Positions 1 to 11,790 of a DNA stretch of 64,000 bases are shown here, in pieces. Each line of letters begins with the position of its first letter. Position 1 is the first letter of the stretch. Origin of the DNA: Macrostomum lignano (taxonomy: Eukaryota); contig NIVC01000104.1 of the NCBI GenBank assembly GCA_002269645.1, positions 124,001 through 188,000 of the forward strand, in the 5' to 3' direction. Under the pieces are notes generated by a model. That model ran no database searches and was not told the DNA's origin. It saw only the letters and a program-made list of their open reading frames with translations. The translations under genes were made by a program, and so were the position numbers.

Positions 1-569
1 CAATTCCAAAAATAGCCAACAAAACTGCCATACACCAGACGAAAATTCAGTGGCACAATAAAAAAATTGATAGCCTGGGCTAGCGGCCAGACTCGATAAG
101 AATTCACCGCCATAGCTGGCAGTCGGTCGAGCACAAACTCTTTCACAGCCGCTGCAGACCGATCGCCTCTGACCACAACAGACGTATAGCTTAGAAAGGT
201 TAGCCACATAATTGGCGGCATGAGCCCCTGATCGGCGACGAGCATCTTCAATCGGCCATAGTTGGTCAATTCGAATTGGCGCGATAAAAACACGTACCAA
301 CAACGCAAGCCGGGACCAATCAGCAATGAGCTGAGTAGAAAATATCGTACAGTTCGAGAATAATCAAAGCGATCGGTTAAGTAGCTTAGACTGCTACTGC
401 TGGACGATGAAGGATGCTGATCAACTGAAGATTTCAGGCGCAGCAGTGTTACGCATTGCACTGTGGCATCGCCAAAACCCATAATTATACCGGAAGATAA
501 GGACTGGGTTAGTATTGGCCTGGTATGAATCGCTCGAGAATACCAACGCCATAATGATCTGAGTGGCAT
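1..569 (-). CDS. MPV17: MPV17/PMP22-family membrane protein, intronless here, 3' end beyond the window start
   Basis: Hand translation from ATG at 569 is open to base 1: MPLRSLWRWYSRAIHTRPILTQSLSSGIIMGFGDATVQ...FDYSRTVRYFLLSSLLIGPGLRCWYVFL...LKMLVADQGLMPPI...NSYRVWPLAQAINFFIVPLNFRLVYGSFVGYFWN. This contains the family motifs P.LTQ...G.GD, D..RT, K...DQ....P and WP..Q.INF..VP...R. The exact paralogue (MPV17 versus MPV17L2/PXMP2) is not certain. Confidence 0.9.
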   Translation of the reverse strand, partial: MPLRSLWRWYSRAIHTRPILTQSLSSGIIMGFGDATVQCVTLLRLKSSVDQHPSSSSSSSLSYLTDRFDYSRTVRYFLLSSLLIGPGLRCWYVFLSRQFELTNYGRLKMLVADQGLMPPIMWLTFLSYTSVVVRGDRSAAAVKEFVLDRLPAMAVNSYRVWPLAQAINFFIVPLNFRLVYGSFVGYFWN

Positions 570-720
570 GTGATCGACATAAATTGACAACAGACTATAA
601 ATTATAAATCATGCATAGTTTAATTTTTAACTCTCTAGCCTATCAACTTTGTTAAATTTATTTGCGTTATGGTATTATTCATTTCTTTAATAATAAATAT
701 ACCCTCGTAGTGAGGTAATA

Positions 721-1508
721 AAGGCTAGCCAATGAGCGTCAAGCTAGAGTAGGTATTCAAAGCTAGCCAATGAGCGTCAAGCTATAGTGGATATTCAAGG
801 CTAGCCAATGAGCGTCAACCTAGAGTGGATTTTCAAGGCTAGCCAATGAGCGTCAAACTAGAGTAGGTATTCAAGGCTAGCCAATGAGCGTCAAGCTAGA
901 GTGGGTTTTCAAGGCTAGCCAATGAGCGTCAAGCTAGAGTAGGTATTCAAGGCTAGCCAATGAGCGTCAAGCTATAGTGGATATTCAAGGCTAGCCAATG
1001 AGCGTCAACCTAGAGTGGATTTTCAAGGCTAGCCAATGAGCGTCAAACTAGAGTAGGTATTCAAGGCTAGCCAATGAGCGTCAAGCTATAGTGGATATTC
1101 AAGGCTAGCCAATGAGCGTCAAACTAGAGTAGGTATTCAAGGCTAGCCAATGAGCGTCAAGCTAGAGTAGGTATTCAAGGCTAGCCAATGAGCGTCAAGC
1201 TAGAGTAGGTATTCAAGGCTAGCCAATGAGCGTCAAGCTATAGTGGATATTCAAGGCTAGCCAATGAGCGTCAACCTAGAGTGGATTTTCAAGGCTAGCC
1301 AATGAGCGTCAAACTGGAGTAGGTATTCAAGGCTAGCCAATGAGCGTCAAGCTAGAGTGGGTATTCAAGGCTAGCCAATGAGCGTCAAGCCAGAGTGGGT
1401 ATTCAAACCTAGCCAATGAGTGTCACGCTAGAGTGGATATTCAAACCTAGCCAATGAGCGTCACGCTAGAGTGGATATTCAAACCTAGCCAATGAGCGTC
1501 AAGCTAGA
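721..1508. repeat. 38-bp minisatellite, about 21 copies (AAGGCTAGCCAATGAGCGTCAAGCTAGAGTAGGTATTC)
   Basis: Direct tandem repeat seen in the sequence; each unit carries a CCAAT box. Confidence 0.97.
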
Positions 1509-2266
1509 TAGAGTATGGTGGTTGGTTTTATGGTCAAGCTTAAATAGAAAAATATTTCTGAGCCACTTATTCAATTTCTACAACTAATAAAAGTACATAT
1601 TTCAGATTTTAAAAGCTATATACGAGCTAATATTAATAAATGAATGAAAACTTGATTTCAATAGGACGAAACGCTTAAAGCAAAGATTGTTAACCAAAAA
1701 TCGCTTTATTAGTCGTCTGTAGTAACATAAATGTTTATAAATTAATTATGAAACTTCCTTTGGGAATAAACATATTTGACAACAGCTCCATTTCTTCACA
1801 GTACAAATAACGAAGATATTCACGTCAAAAATGTGAAGTGAAATTACAGAATTATTTTTGTTTTGAAAATGAATGAAGCAACACAAAATCTAGTAGAGGC
1901 GAATTATCTTTCAGAAATTGCAGGAACCAGCAGACTCGTACAGCGGAAATTAATTAGAATTAAATTATAAATGAATATGAACAAGCATGCAAGAATAAAC
2001 ATGTAGATAAGAAGTTTTTATCTAAGCGTCTTAGCTTAAATAATTATACAGATGACGCTGATTGCGTACTCAATTTAATGATTATCTGCAAGTAGTTTTA
2101 AATAGGCCACGAACTACAGATATTATAATAACTAGATTGACCACGCAAAACATTTCCGTATAAGCTACTTTAAGTAAAAATCCAAATGAAAGTATTTTAT
2201 TATCTATTTTTAGGCTCTTAACCCCCACACCCCTGGAAAAAAAACCCCTCCACTCGAAACTCTGTC

Positions 2267-5200
2267 CACGGTTAGGCTGGGCACTGATATTGGGGAAAAA
2301 ATTGCCACAAGACGGCACCTATGTACCATTAAACTACTGCCTTTCTGCAGTTCAGAAAGCCCACCCATTAAAATTCATGTGCCTATCTTTGTGTACAATC
2401 TGTGTACAATTGCTCTCATTAATTGCTCTCGTTAATAAGACAAGCAGAAATTTTTAGCAAGTGACAGACTTAATGTATACTTGTACAAAAAAGAGTACAA
2501 GATTACAAGAAGTTTATTTAGGTTAATGTTTGTGTAGTATTATTGCTTGTTTTACTTGTTAACTAGCTTGTAAGTTAGTAAGTTAAATAATTTTACGATT
2601 TCTAACATTACAAATTGTTTACATTTAAATACTCAGAAACAGCATGGGTTTTATAGAAAAATTTCGAAATAACTATATTCTTTTTGTGTAGCAAGTTCCT
2701 CAAATATTAACCAGAACTACATGCATTTCTGCAATAATATTGCAAGGTACGCTCGTATTAGCATATAAAGTAGCAAAAGTATGAAAGCTTTCTACAGTAC
2801 GGGAGCTTGCAAAAATTTTAGTATTTTAAATTTATAGGGTCCTTTGAATACTACTTTACTGTAAGACTAACAACCACTGCCATTTCTTTTACCAGTAAAG
2901 CAGAAAACCGAGTTACCGGGATTAAATGTGGTGGCTGTTGTAAGCAACCACGGCGCGCAAAAGATTTTGGCCAAACTCAGCATGGTGCGCTGGCAGGCTG
3001 TACCGTGACCACGTTTTGGCAAAATCAGAGTGAACACTCTCCACTGCTTGCTCGCTGCAGCTGCCAAGCGCTTGCCCTGTCCGCCGGCAGAACTCTCCAA
3101 CATGGCAAAAGACAACGTGAACTTTTGGGGTGACAGGTAAGCTTAAGCTCATGTAGGCCAGTCGAAAATTCTCAATTGCCTCTTCAAAGTCTGCCGCCAA
3201 TTCGGTTCCAAAGGCGCTGCTGACCAGCCGATCGAACGCCATCAGACACGCCCCGTACGGCTGTAATGGTGGAGGCAGATCAGCGTGAAGCTGCGGTGAT
3301 TTGCGGAGCAGCTGGCGGCAGGCGTTTCCTTCCATCATGCCACCTCTGTAATCAGCTCGAATAATGCCATGCTGATGAGCCCACTCGAACGCGCGATTCG
3401 CACCCCAAGCTTCGTTGAGCTTGTCCAGCAGTCGGTTGCTGACTCCAAGGAGCAGGTGCAGCTCAGGTGGCGGCAGAAGCATCAAAACTTCTTTGTCATC
3501 ATCGCCTGGTAGCAGTGGCATGTTGACACAGTTTTTAAAGTTCTTTGCCTTTGCACGAACTTGGCCAGCTGCTTGAAACTGCTGAGCAAACTGCCGAATT
3601 CTCCCAAGAGTTCTTGGCACACCATTTTCTGTAAGAGGAGCCAGAGCTTCGCAATAGGGGCACGGATGTGTACAGGAATGAGGTTGCAGTCCGCAGATGA
3701 TGTTTGCAACTTTCATATCTGCAGTGACTGGGATTTGAAGTTCGTTGACAGCGATCGCCTCTAGCAGAGCCTGAATATTTCCGTAAGTCTCAGGAACGTC
3801 GTTGACGATCGCAAGCAACAGGATCTTCTTGACACCCGTGTCACAGAATTTCCTGCTGTTGGCTCCTCGAGTTCCGATTTCGGGTTTTGCGTTAGAGCCA
3901 ATTATCGAAACGCAAACTTTAAAAAATCCGCCGCCACCATCGAGACCCAGCAGACAGTGAAAATCATTGAAACTGCGTTGCTGAGCAACATGTGCAATGA
4001 GTTTGACCGAGTCGTTGCAGACAACAGTCGGGCGGCAAATAGTGTCGGCTGTTGCGGCAGTCGAGGTCAGCTCCGAGAACTGGAGATTCTGGATGTCGAA
4101 GTAATCCTCTAATGCTCGATTTTGCTGTACCAAAATTTTCTTCAAGTTTGACTCGACTGCACGAGATGAGCTCGCGCCAGCACGAAGCACTTGAGCAGCC
4201 TGTAGCACTTGATTGTTGCTCAGATTCAGAGTTGTTTTCAAGTGCATCATAGTGTCCGTCCTCGTTGGAGGAAAGCTCGCACTGCTGTTTTGAGCAACAT
4301 GCACAGCAACTCGAATCGGATGGCCGCCTCGATGTCTGGCCAGAGTGATCGAATTCGAATCCGCCGTCGACCCACCCGTCTTTTCGGCAATGCAGTTGCT
4401 GGCCAGCATCTCCCTTGTCCTTGGGCTGACTGTTTGCTCAATGTTAGTCACCTTAGCTGTCGAGTTGCATTTGTGCTGTTTGCCACGCCCAACTGGAGAA
4501 TGACAGTATGAGCAGGAAAGCACAGCCGTTGCTCCTTCAGCTGGTGCTGGGGATCTTTCGCGTGGTCGACCAGGTGGGGCTCGAGCAGGACCTGTTGTGT
4601 AAGGCGTCTTTGGATCGCTGCCTTTGTGGTGATTGCCACGAGCCATTTCGCACAGTTGGCAGTTGCAATCCGGTCTGCTTCTGGTGGCTGGAGGCAGACT
4701 CTTCATGTCGGCTATTATCTTCTCGTAATCTGGTCGCGGTGGCAGAGCACGAGGCGTCAGACTTCTTAGTGACGATAAAACGCGCCTGCAGCCCTGGCAA
4801 ACTCCTTCAGGTAGAAAGTGCCGCACTGCCTCGTAGTCCTGGAACAAGTCGGCTGCCACGGATTCGAAATTAGAGCAAGAAGAAATCAGCGCAGAAGCTC
4901 GTCTCAAGCAGAGCAGGCACAAACTTTGCCTGTTCTCGTTATGAGTTTTTTTGTCGTTGGCATTGTAGACAGTACAAGCTATGCAAACAACTCTTTCAGT
5001 TCAGGCACTCGCTTGTTTTAGATCAAATAGAACTAGATCAAACCTTTATAAGTAAATTGAGCAGTATGATAACCAAGTTAACGCACCTGGCAGAAATATT
5101 ACAAAGCAATTATAGATAAGATACTACTGTGTTATTACTATTGATAAATTCCTCTTTATGACTGCAATTATAAGGCATAAGCTACCTGTGGTGCAGCGTT

Positions 5201-5471
5201 TTATTGCTCAAGCAGATATGGGGCAATATTTACTCCCAAAGTCCTTTGTGGTCTATTCATAATTATCATCTGATTAGCAAAAATTCTATTAGAGCAATAA
5301 AATATTTTGTTTTAAAGTGTACCGAAACATATAGTGCCATACACAGCAAAGATAGGCACATGAATTTTAATGAGTGGGCTTTCCAAACTACAGAAAGGCA
5401 GTAGTTTAATGGCACATAGGTGCCGTCTTGTGGCAATTTTTTCCTCAATATCAGTGCCCAGCCTAACCGTG
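2267..5471 (-). mobile_element. Chapaev-type (CMC superfamily) DNA transposon, 3205 bp, near-intact
   Basis: Termini CACGG...CCGTG. 125-bp TIRs at 2267-2391 and 5347-5471 with about 6 mismatches. 4-bp target-site duplication TGTC at 2263-2266 and 5472-5475. Encodes a single transposase. Confidence 0.9.
2922..4963 (-). CDS. Chapaev DDE transposase (666 aa open; about 680 aa if one A is added to the A7 run near the start)
   Basis: N-terminal Cys/His clusters (CLLC, PEGVCQGC, CNCQLC, CSYC...HKC). Catalytic-region motifs GLDGGGG, ADMKVANIICGLQPHSCTHPCPYC, PPPELHLLLG and SEQAVESVHSDF. The track start at 4922 is TTG. An ATG at 4963 gives MPTTKKTHNENRQSLCLLC only with a +1 correction at the T7 run 4946-4952. 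Confidence 0.85.
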
Positions 5472-7086
5472 TGTCTCAACCGCCGGAGTTTTATTACCTT
5501 CTATCTGTGTGGCACTGGCTAATGTACGCTATGACAGGGCATAAAATATAAGGTTGTATATTTTATTTTCTACCATCTAAGGCGGCTTCTAAACTTATCA
5601 AGTGATTATACTGTTATGCTGCGTCTAATTCAGCAATTAGTAGAGCATTGAATATATTTTAAATAACATTGATTGTTTACCAAATTTTCCACACATTTCT
5701 ACTATAAGTAGACTATCTAGGAAATTACTTAAAAAATGCTATCTTACGCATTTGTATTATTTTGTTATTTTTACTTTACTATTAGTAGGGAATCTAGGAA
5801 ATTTCTTAAAAATTGTATTTTATACATTTGTATTATTTTGTAATTTTTTACTCTACTACAAGTAGAGTATCTAGAGAATCAACAAGAAGTCTTGTTCATC
5901 TAGTTATTATTAATATCTGTAGAACACACCAGTCATACGAATGAGCAAAGACCTACATGTAGCTACTGAATAACTGATAGTAAGCTTGGGTTAGTAGAAT
6001 ATTTTTATTAAGAAAAATAAAAGCGGTACAGTAGCAATCAAGGCGATAGTTATTATAGTAGAAAAACCTCTGCGGAATAAATATACGTTTGTAGTTTTCC
6101 AACAGCAAAATAATGCACTGTTTTTCAAAAAGGATACACATATAAACAAATATTTTGCTATACATACTACTGACAGCAGACACTGGATAACACTGGATAA
6201 GAGTTTACTAATTTATTACATATCGTAGAATAACAAGTCCATATAGTACTACTGAAAATGAATATTTAGTGCAATGCTGAACACAGGCAGTAGCAAAATA
6301 CATACCTAATTACTTTTAGTAGTTAAAATAAAAATAAAACACAATAGCAGACCCATGCACACAGGCTGAGTGATCTTTTACCAGAAATTTCAAATATGTC
6401 ATTGTGACATTTGGTTTGAGACTAGTAGGGCCAGGCGTGCATCAGTTTCCAATTTTGACAGGCATAAGATTGACAATCAAAGCTACAGAAGAAAAAAACT
6501 GAAAATATATATTAGTTTGGTCACCTCATGGCAAAGAGTTTTACCTTTGCAAGCACAAGCAGAGTTGCTTACTATTGCATCGCGATTAAAGAAAGCATAA
6601 TACCATCACCCCACATAAATAACCAGAGAGTCATCTCTGCCCCTATGAAAACGGTACGGAGTCATTGCAGGTAACACAGGTAAAATAGGAAAGAATCACG
6701 AGATTTGAGACGTCACTCGTGAGCTGTTTGCAATGACTCTTTAGCGATTCTTGTCACGCTAACGTTTTCAACGGGATTATTGGCAAACTATTATAATTCG
6801 TCACCATTCAATACACCGAAGAGCTAAATCTAAAAATTATTGAATTTCAAGTACAATAAGCATGAACTTTTACTGTATAAAGAAATTTAAATAAATTATT
6901 ACAATCAAAATGATTCACCTTTAAATTTTATAATTAAAATTTACTCCAAAATTTATCTTCAAATTTTTAAATCGAAACATTAATTTGAGTAAAGTATTAG
7001 AAAGATTCAGAAAAAAGAATTAACATCTATGTAGTCATCTGATTGTTCCATCTACAGTACATGCTGTACTACTTGTTGTTGTAGAC

Positions 7087-10000
7087 TTAAAGTAGTTGCT
7101 GCTGATACTGCGGCTGCGTCGGGGGCGGCGGCTGCTGCTGGTATTGCGGCTCCATGTGCTGATTGTGCTGGTTGTAACCTCCATGGGGAGGCATCTGCTG
7201 CTGTTGCTGCTGCTGCTGCTGGGGCGGCGGCTGCTGCGGTGGCTGCTGTTGCTGCATCATGTGCTGCTGCAGCTGCAGATAGGCTGCATGCTGTTGCTGC
7301 TGCTGGTCGAAGTTAGAATACACCACGCCAGTAGACGATACTGGCGGCTGGGGCTGACCGTAAGCGCCGCCGCTAAAGCCGTTAGGCGCAGCAGAAGACA
7401 CAACTGGATAGTACATCTGCTGTTGCTGCTGCGCCTGCGGCGGTGGCGGAGGCGGCGGCGGCGGAGCAGACGCGCTCATCAAATTATGATACATCTGGAA
7501 TGCTTCGGCTAGCCGAGTGTTAAGCTGGTGCAGCTCCAGGTATTTCCGGTCGAGCTGTTCAATCTCGGAGTCGATTAGGGGTGCCATCTGACGGCAGCGC
7601 TCCTCTAGGTGGGGCAGCTCGGCCGGATCTGGCCGATTCGGGTCACCAGTGGGGTCGCAGTTCTCCAGCTGGGCAAGGCATTCATCGATTTGAGCAGGGT
7701 CGATGGTTACCGGCTCCTCGATTAGCTTGACTGACACCTGCATTGTTTGGATAGGGATGGGCGATTGATTGCAGTTCAAATGTACTTTAACATACACAAA
7801 AGTACTTTTAGTTGCATAAGACTACTTTTAAGTCACAGAATGTACTTTTGAGTTCCAGAAATGTACTTTTAAGTTCCAGAAATGTACTTTTAAGTTCCAG
7901 AAATGTACTTTTAAGTTTTAGAAATGTACTTTTAAGTTTCAGAAATGTACTTTTAAGTTCCAGAAAGGTAATTTTAGTCAGTTAAAAGTACTTTTGCTGA
8001 TAATTATTTTCACTGTACTTGTCCACATTCTGAAGTGTGTACTTTTATAAGCAGAATATATTTACCTGATCATTAAAACTGACACCCTTGCCAGGCTCTT
8101 CACTTTTCGGCCCGGTGTCCTCCTCAACAAAGGTTGACGGGAACAGGCCGATCATGCCGCCAGACAGGGTGGACCCGTGCCACCAGTTGGGATCGGAGCA
8201 ATCGTCAACTAAGATCACATCGCCAGTATGGAAAGTTAATTCGTTATCCTCGGCGGCTTCGAAATCGTACAGAGCGCGGACTCGCTTCAGCACCGGCGGA
8301 GGCGGAGCGGAACTCGGGGGTCCGGCCGAGTTCAACAAGTACGCGCCTGACGGGCGTCAGCAGCTGGCATCATGTTTGGATAGAGTCCGCCGGCGCCACC
8401 GCCGCCTCCACCGCTAGCTCCGCCACCGAGTCTAGGAGAAGCAGATCGCTGCTGTTGTTGCTGCTGCTCTTGCAAAGACAAAGCAATTGCTTTAGCAAGA
8501 TCTTCGTCTTCTTTGCTCAGAGCAGCTGCGCTCGAGTCTTTCTGACTGGCGCTGCCAGATCTGCCGCCACCGCTGCTGCCAACGCCGCCGCTGGCCGCAC
8601 TCGACTTACTTTTGCTGACAGCGGCCTCCAGATTTCCGGAAGTTCTAAAAAATATTAAACATCAATGCTATTTCTATATTAGGTTTAGATGGTTTAGACT
8701 ACACTATTGATGGTTTACGGTGCATTACAATTATGGGATTTGAATAAGCTTTTTGTTGAATAGAAGGCACAGAGTTAAGTTCAGGCCAGAAATAGCCAAT
8801 CAGCATCAAGTTGAAGAGAGAAGACACAGAGTTGAGGTTAGGCCAGCAATAGCCAATCAGCATCAAGTTGAAGAGAAAAGACACAGAGTTGAGGTTAGGC
8901 CAGCAATAGCCAATAAGCATCAAGTTGAAGAGAGAAGGCACAGAGTTTAGTTCAGGCCAGCAATAGCCAATCAGCATCAAGTTGAAGAGAGAAGACACAG
9001 AGTTGAGGTTAGGCCAGCAATAGCCAATCAGCATCAAGTTGAAGAGAGAAGGCACAGAGTTGAGTTCAGGCCAGCAATAGCCAATCAGCATCAAGTTGAA
9101 GAGAGAAGGCACAGAGTTTAGTTCAGGCCAGAAATAGCCAATCAGCATCAAGTTGAAGAGAGAAGACACAGAGTTGAGTTCAGGCCAGCAATAGCCAATC
9201 AGCATCAAGTTGAAGAGAGAAGGCACAGAGTTTAGTTCAGGCCAGCAATAGCCAATCAGCATCAAGTTGAAGAGAGAAGGCACAGAGTTTAGTTCAGGCC
9301 AGCAATAGCCAATCAGCATCAAGTTGAAGAGAGAAGGCACAGAGTTGAGGTTAGGCCAGCAATAGCCAATAAGCATCAAGTTGAAGAGAGAAGGCACAGA
9401 GTTTAGTTCAGGCCAGCAATAGCCAATCAGCATCAAGTTGAAGAGAGAAGGCACAGAGTTTAGTTCAGGCCAGAAATAGCCAATCAGCATCAAGTTGAAG
9501 AGAGAAGGCACAGAGTTTAGTTCAGGCCAGCAATAGCCATACAGCATCAAGTTGAAGAGAGAAGACACAGAGTTGAGGTTAGGCCAGCAATAGCCAATCA
9601 GCATCAAGTTGAAGAGAAAAGACACAGAGTTTAGTTCAGGCCAGCAATAGCCAATCAGCATCAAGTTGAAGAGAGAAGACACAGAGTTGAGTTCAGGCCA
9701 GCAATAGCCAATCAGCATCAAGTTGAAGAGAGAAGACACAGAGTTGAGTTCAGGCCAGCAATAGCCAATCAGCATCAAGTTGAAGAGAGAAGACACAGAG
9801 TTGAGTTCAGGCCAGCAATAGCCAATCAGCATCAAGTTGAAGAGAGAAGGCACAGAGTTGAGTTCAGGCCAGCAATAGCCAATCAGCATCAAGTTGAAGA
9901 GAGAAGGCACAGAGTTGAGTTCAGGCCAGCAATAGCCAATCAGCATCAAGTTGAAGAGAGAAGGCACAGAGTTTAGTTCAGGCCAGCAATAGCCAATCAG

Positions 10001-11343
10001 CATCAAGTTGAAGAGAGAAGACACAGAGTTGAGTTCAGGCCAGCAATAGCCAATCAGCATCAAGTTGAAGAGAGAAGGCACAGAGTTTAGTTCAGGCCAG
10101 CAATAGCCAATCAGCATCAAGTTGAAGAGAGAAGACACAGAGTTGAGGTTAGGCCAGCAATAGCCAATCAGCATCAAGTTGAAGAGAAAAGACACAGAGT
10201 TTAGTTCAGGCCAGAAATAGCCAATCAGCATCAAGTTGAAGAGAGAAGGCACAGAGTTGAGGTTAGGCCAGCAATAGCCAATCAGCATCAAGTTGAAGAG
10301 AAAAGACACAGAGTTTAGTTCAGGCCAGAAATAGCCAATCAGCATCAAGTTGAAGAGAGAAGGCACAGAGTTGAGTTCAGGCCAGCAATAGCCAATCAGC
10401 ATCAAGTTGAAGAGAGAAGGCACAGAGTTTAGTTCAGGCCAGCAATAGCCAATCAGCATCAAGTTGAAGAGAGAAGGCACAGAGTTGAGTTCAGGCCAGC
10501 AATAGCCAATCAGCATCAAGTTGAAGAGAGAAGGCACAGAGTTTAGTTCAGGCCAGCAATAGCCAATCAGCATCAAGTTGAAGAGAGAAGGCACAGAGTT
10601 GAGTTCAGGCCAGCAATAGCCAATCAGCATCAAGTTGAAGAGAAAAGACACAGAGTTTAGTTCAGGCCAGAAATAGCCAATCAGCATCAAGTTGAAGAGA
10701 GAAGGCACAGAGTTGAGGTTAGGCCAGCAATAGCCAATCAGCATCAAGTTGGAGAGAAGAGAGTTTAGGTTCGGCCAGCAATTGCCAGTCAGCCCCTGTT
10801 TCTAAGTTGAGCCGTTTCTCAATAGCTAATTTGAGGCCACAGCTGCGTGACCTAAAGGTTAAACTTAGTCCGAATCGCATAGCGACCAGTCACTACTGCT
10901 CACTTGTTTTCATAGTCGAAAGTGAAGCCCATAGCTCTTAAATCGGACACTAGATCGCTTAGTAAACCCAGCGACGAGTCCTTGCGTATCTCGTCCATCT
11001 GCGACCACTTGCGCAACAGATAAGCAAATCTTTGCAGCACCTGCGGATTAATAGATTTGTTGTTTAGAATGTTTTTAGCATCGCTGCAGAAACTTTTCGA
11101 GCATAGCTCCCGATGAAACTCGTGACCGCAATTGGCTACGCAGCTGTCAAGCAGTGTGAGAGCTTGCATTGACACGTGCGGATTGCGGTTGCGCAATTTG
11201 CGCAATAGAATTTTCAACACGTCCTTCTGACGCCTGCTAGCATTGATTAGATCAACGCATTCGTAGATTTGGTTCCAATCGTCTTTAGTGTTCTTCTCGT
11301 CCGTGCACTTGTCAATCTCTTGCTCAATCTTTGAGTGCGACAT
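7087..11343 (-). CDS. STAM: STAM (ESCRT-0 subunit; VHS-UIM-SH3-GAT, Q/P-rich tail). Exons 11343-10904, 8644-8066, 7737-7087
   Basis: VHS domain (DDWNQIYECVD...RNPHVSMQALTLLDSCVANCG). UIM (KEDEDLAKAIALSLQE). SH3 (RVRALYDFEAAEDNELTF...DPNWW...GLFPSTFV). GAT (IDECLAQLENCDPTG...QMAPLIDSEIEQLDRK). GT-AG junction phases match. The summed length of 1670 nt is one base short of frame, with the shift between 8362 and 8332. Confidence 0.93.
7790..7985. repeat. 21-bp tandem repeat (GAAATGTACTTTTAAGTTCCA) in STAM intron 2
   Basis: About 8 imperfect copies visible. Confidence 0.85.
8745..10790. repeat. 57-bp minisatellite, about 35 copies, in STAM intron 1
   Basis: Unit CAGCATCAAGTTGAAGAGAGAAGGCACAGAGTTTAGTTCAGGCCAGCAATAGCCAAT; it explains the 682-aa ORF of 19-aa repeats. 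Confidence 0.97.
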
Positions 11344-11790
11344 GATGATGCAGTACCTTTGCTTCTTTTTTTCTAATTCAAGACAGTATAGTTTTCTTAA
11401 ATCAGTTGTCAAAGTCTCAAGGATGAAGCAGAAAAGGAGGAATGGATTGAGTATAAGTTAAAAGTAATAAAAATATAAATAATTAATTAAGTGCCTGGAA
11501 AATTACATATTAACGAGTTGAAATAACTTAAAACACAAAAATTCTTATGGCTGAATGATAAGCAGACAGTAATCTTAAAATACTAATCTAATTTATTTAT
11601 ATTACACATCGCAGTAAATGCCTGTTGTGTCTGTCTATTCAGAACTCGCAACTCGACGCACACCAAGTTCTGTCTGTCTGCAACCCGCAACCCCTAGCCA
11701 CTAGCAAGTACGATTGATCTAGTCTGCAAGGCTCACGCGCACACATAGTTGTCTTATAGACTTGGAGTCAGACCCCACACATGTAATTAA

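Noticed and set aside
3482-4873. Short ORFs overlapping the transposase; similarly those antisense to VEZT, STAM, SMARCB1 and the TM gene
   Set aside because: Shadow ORFs of GC-rich coding sequence without recognisable motifs.
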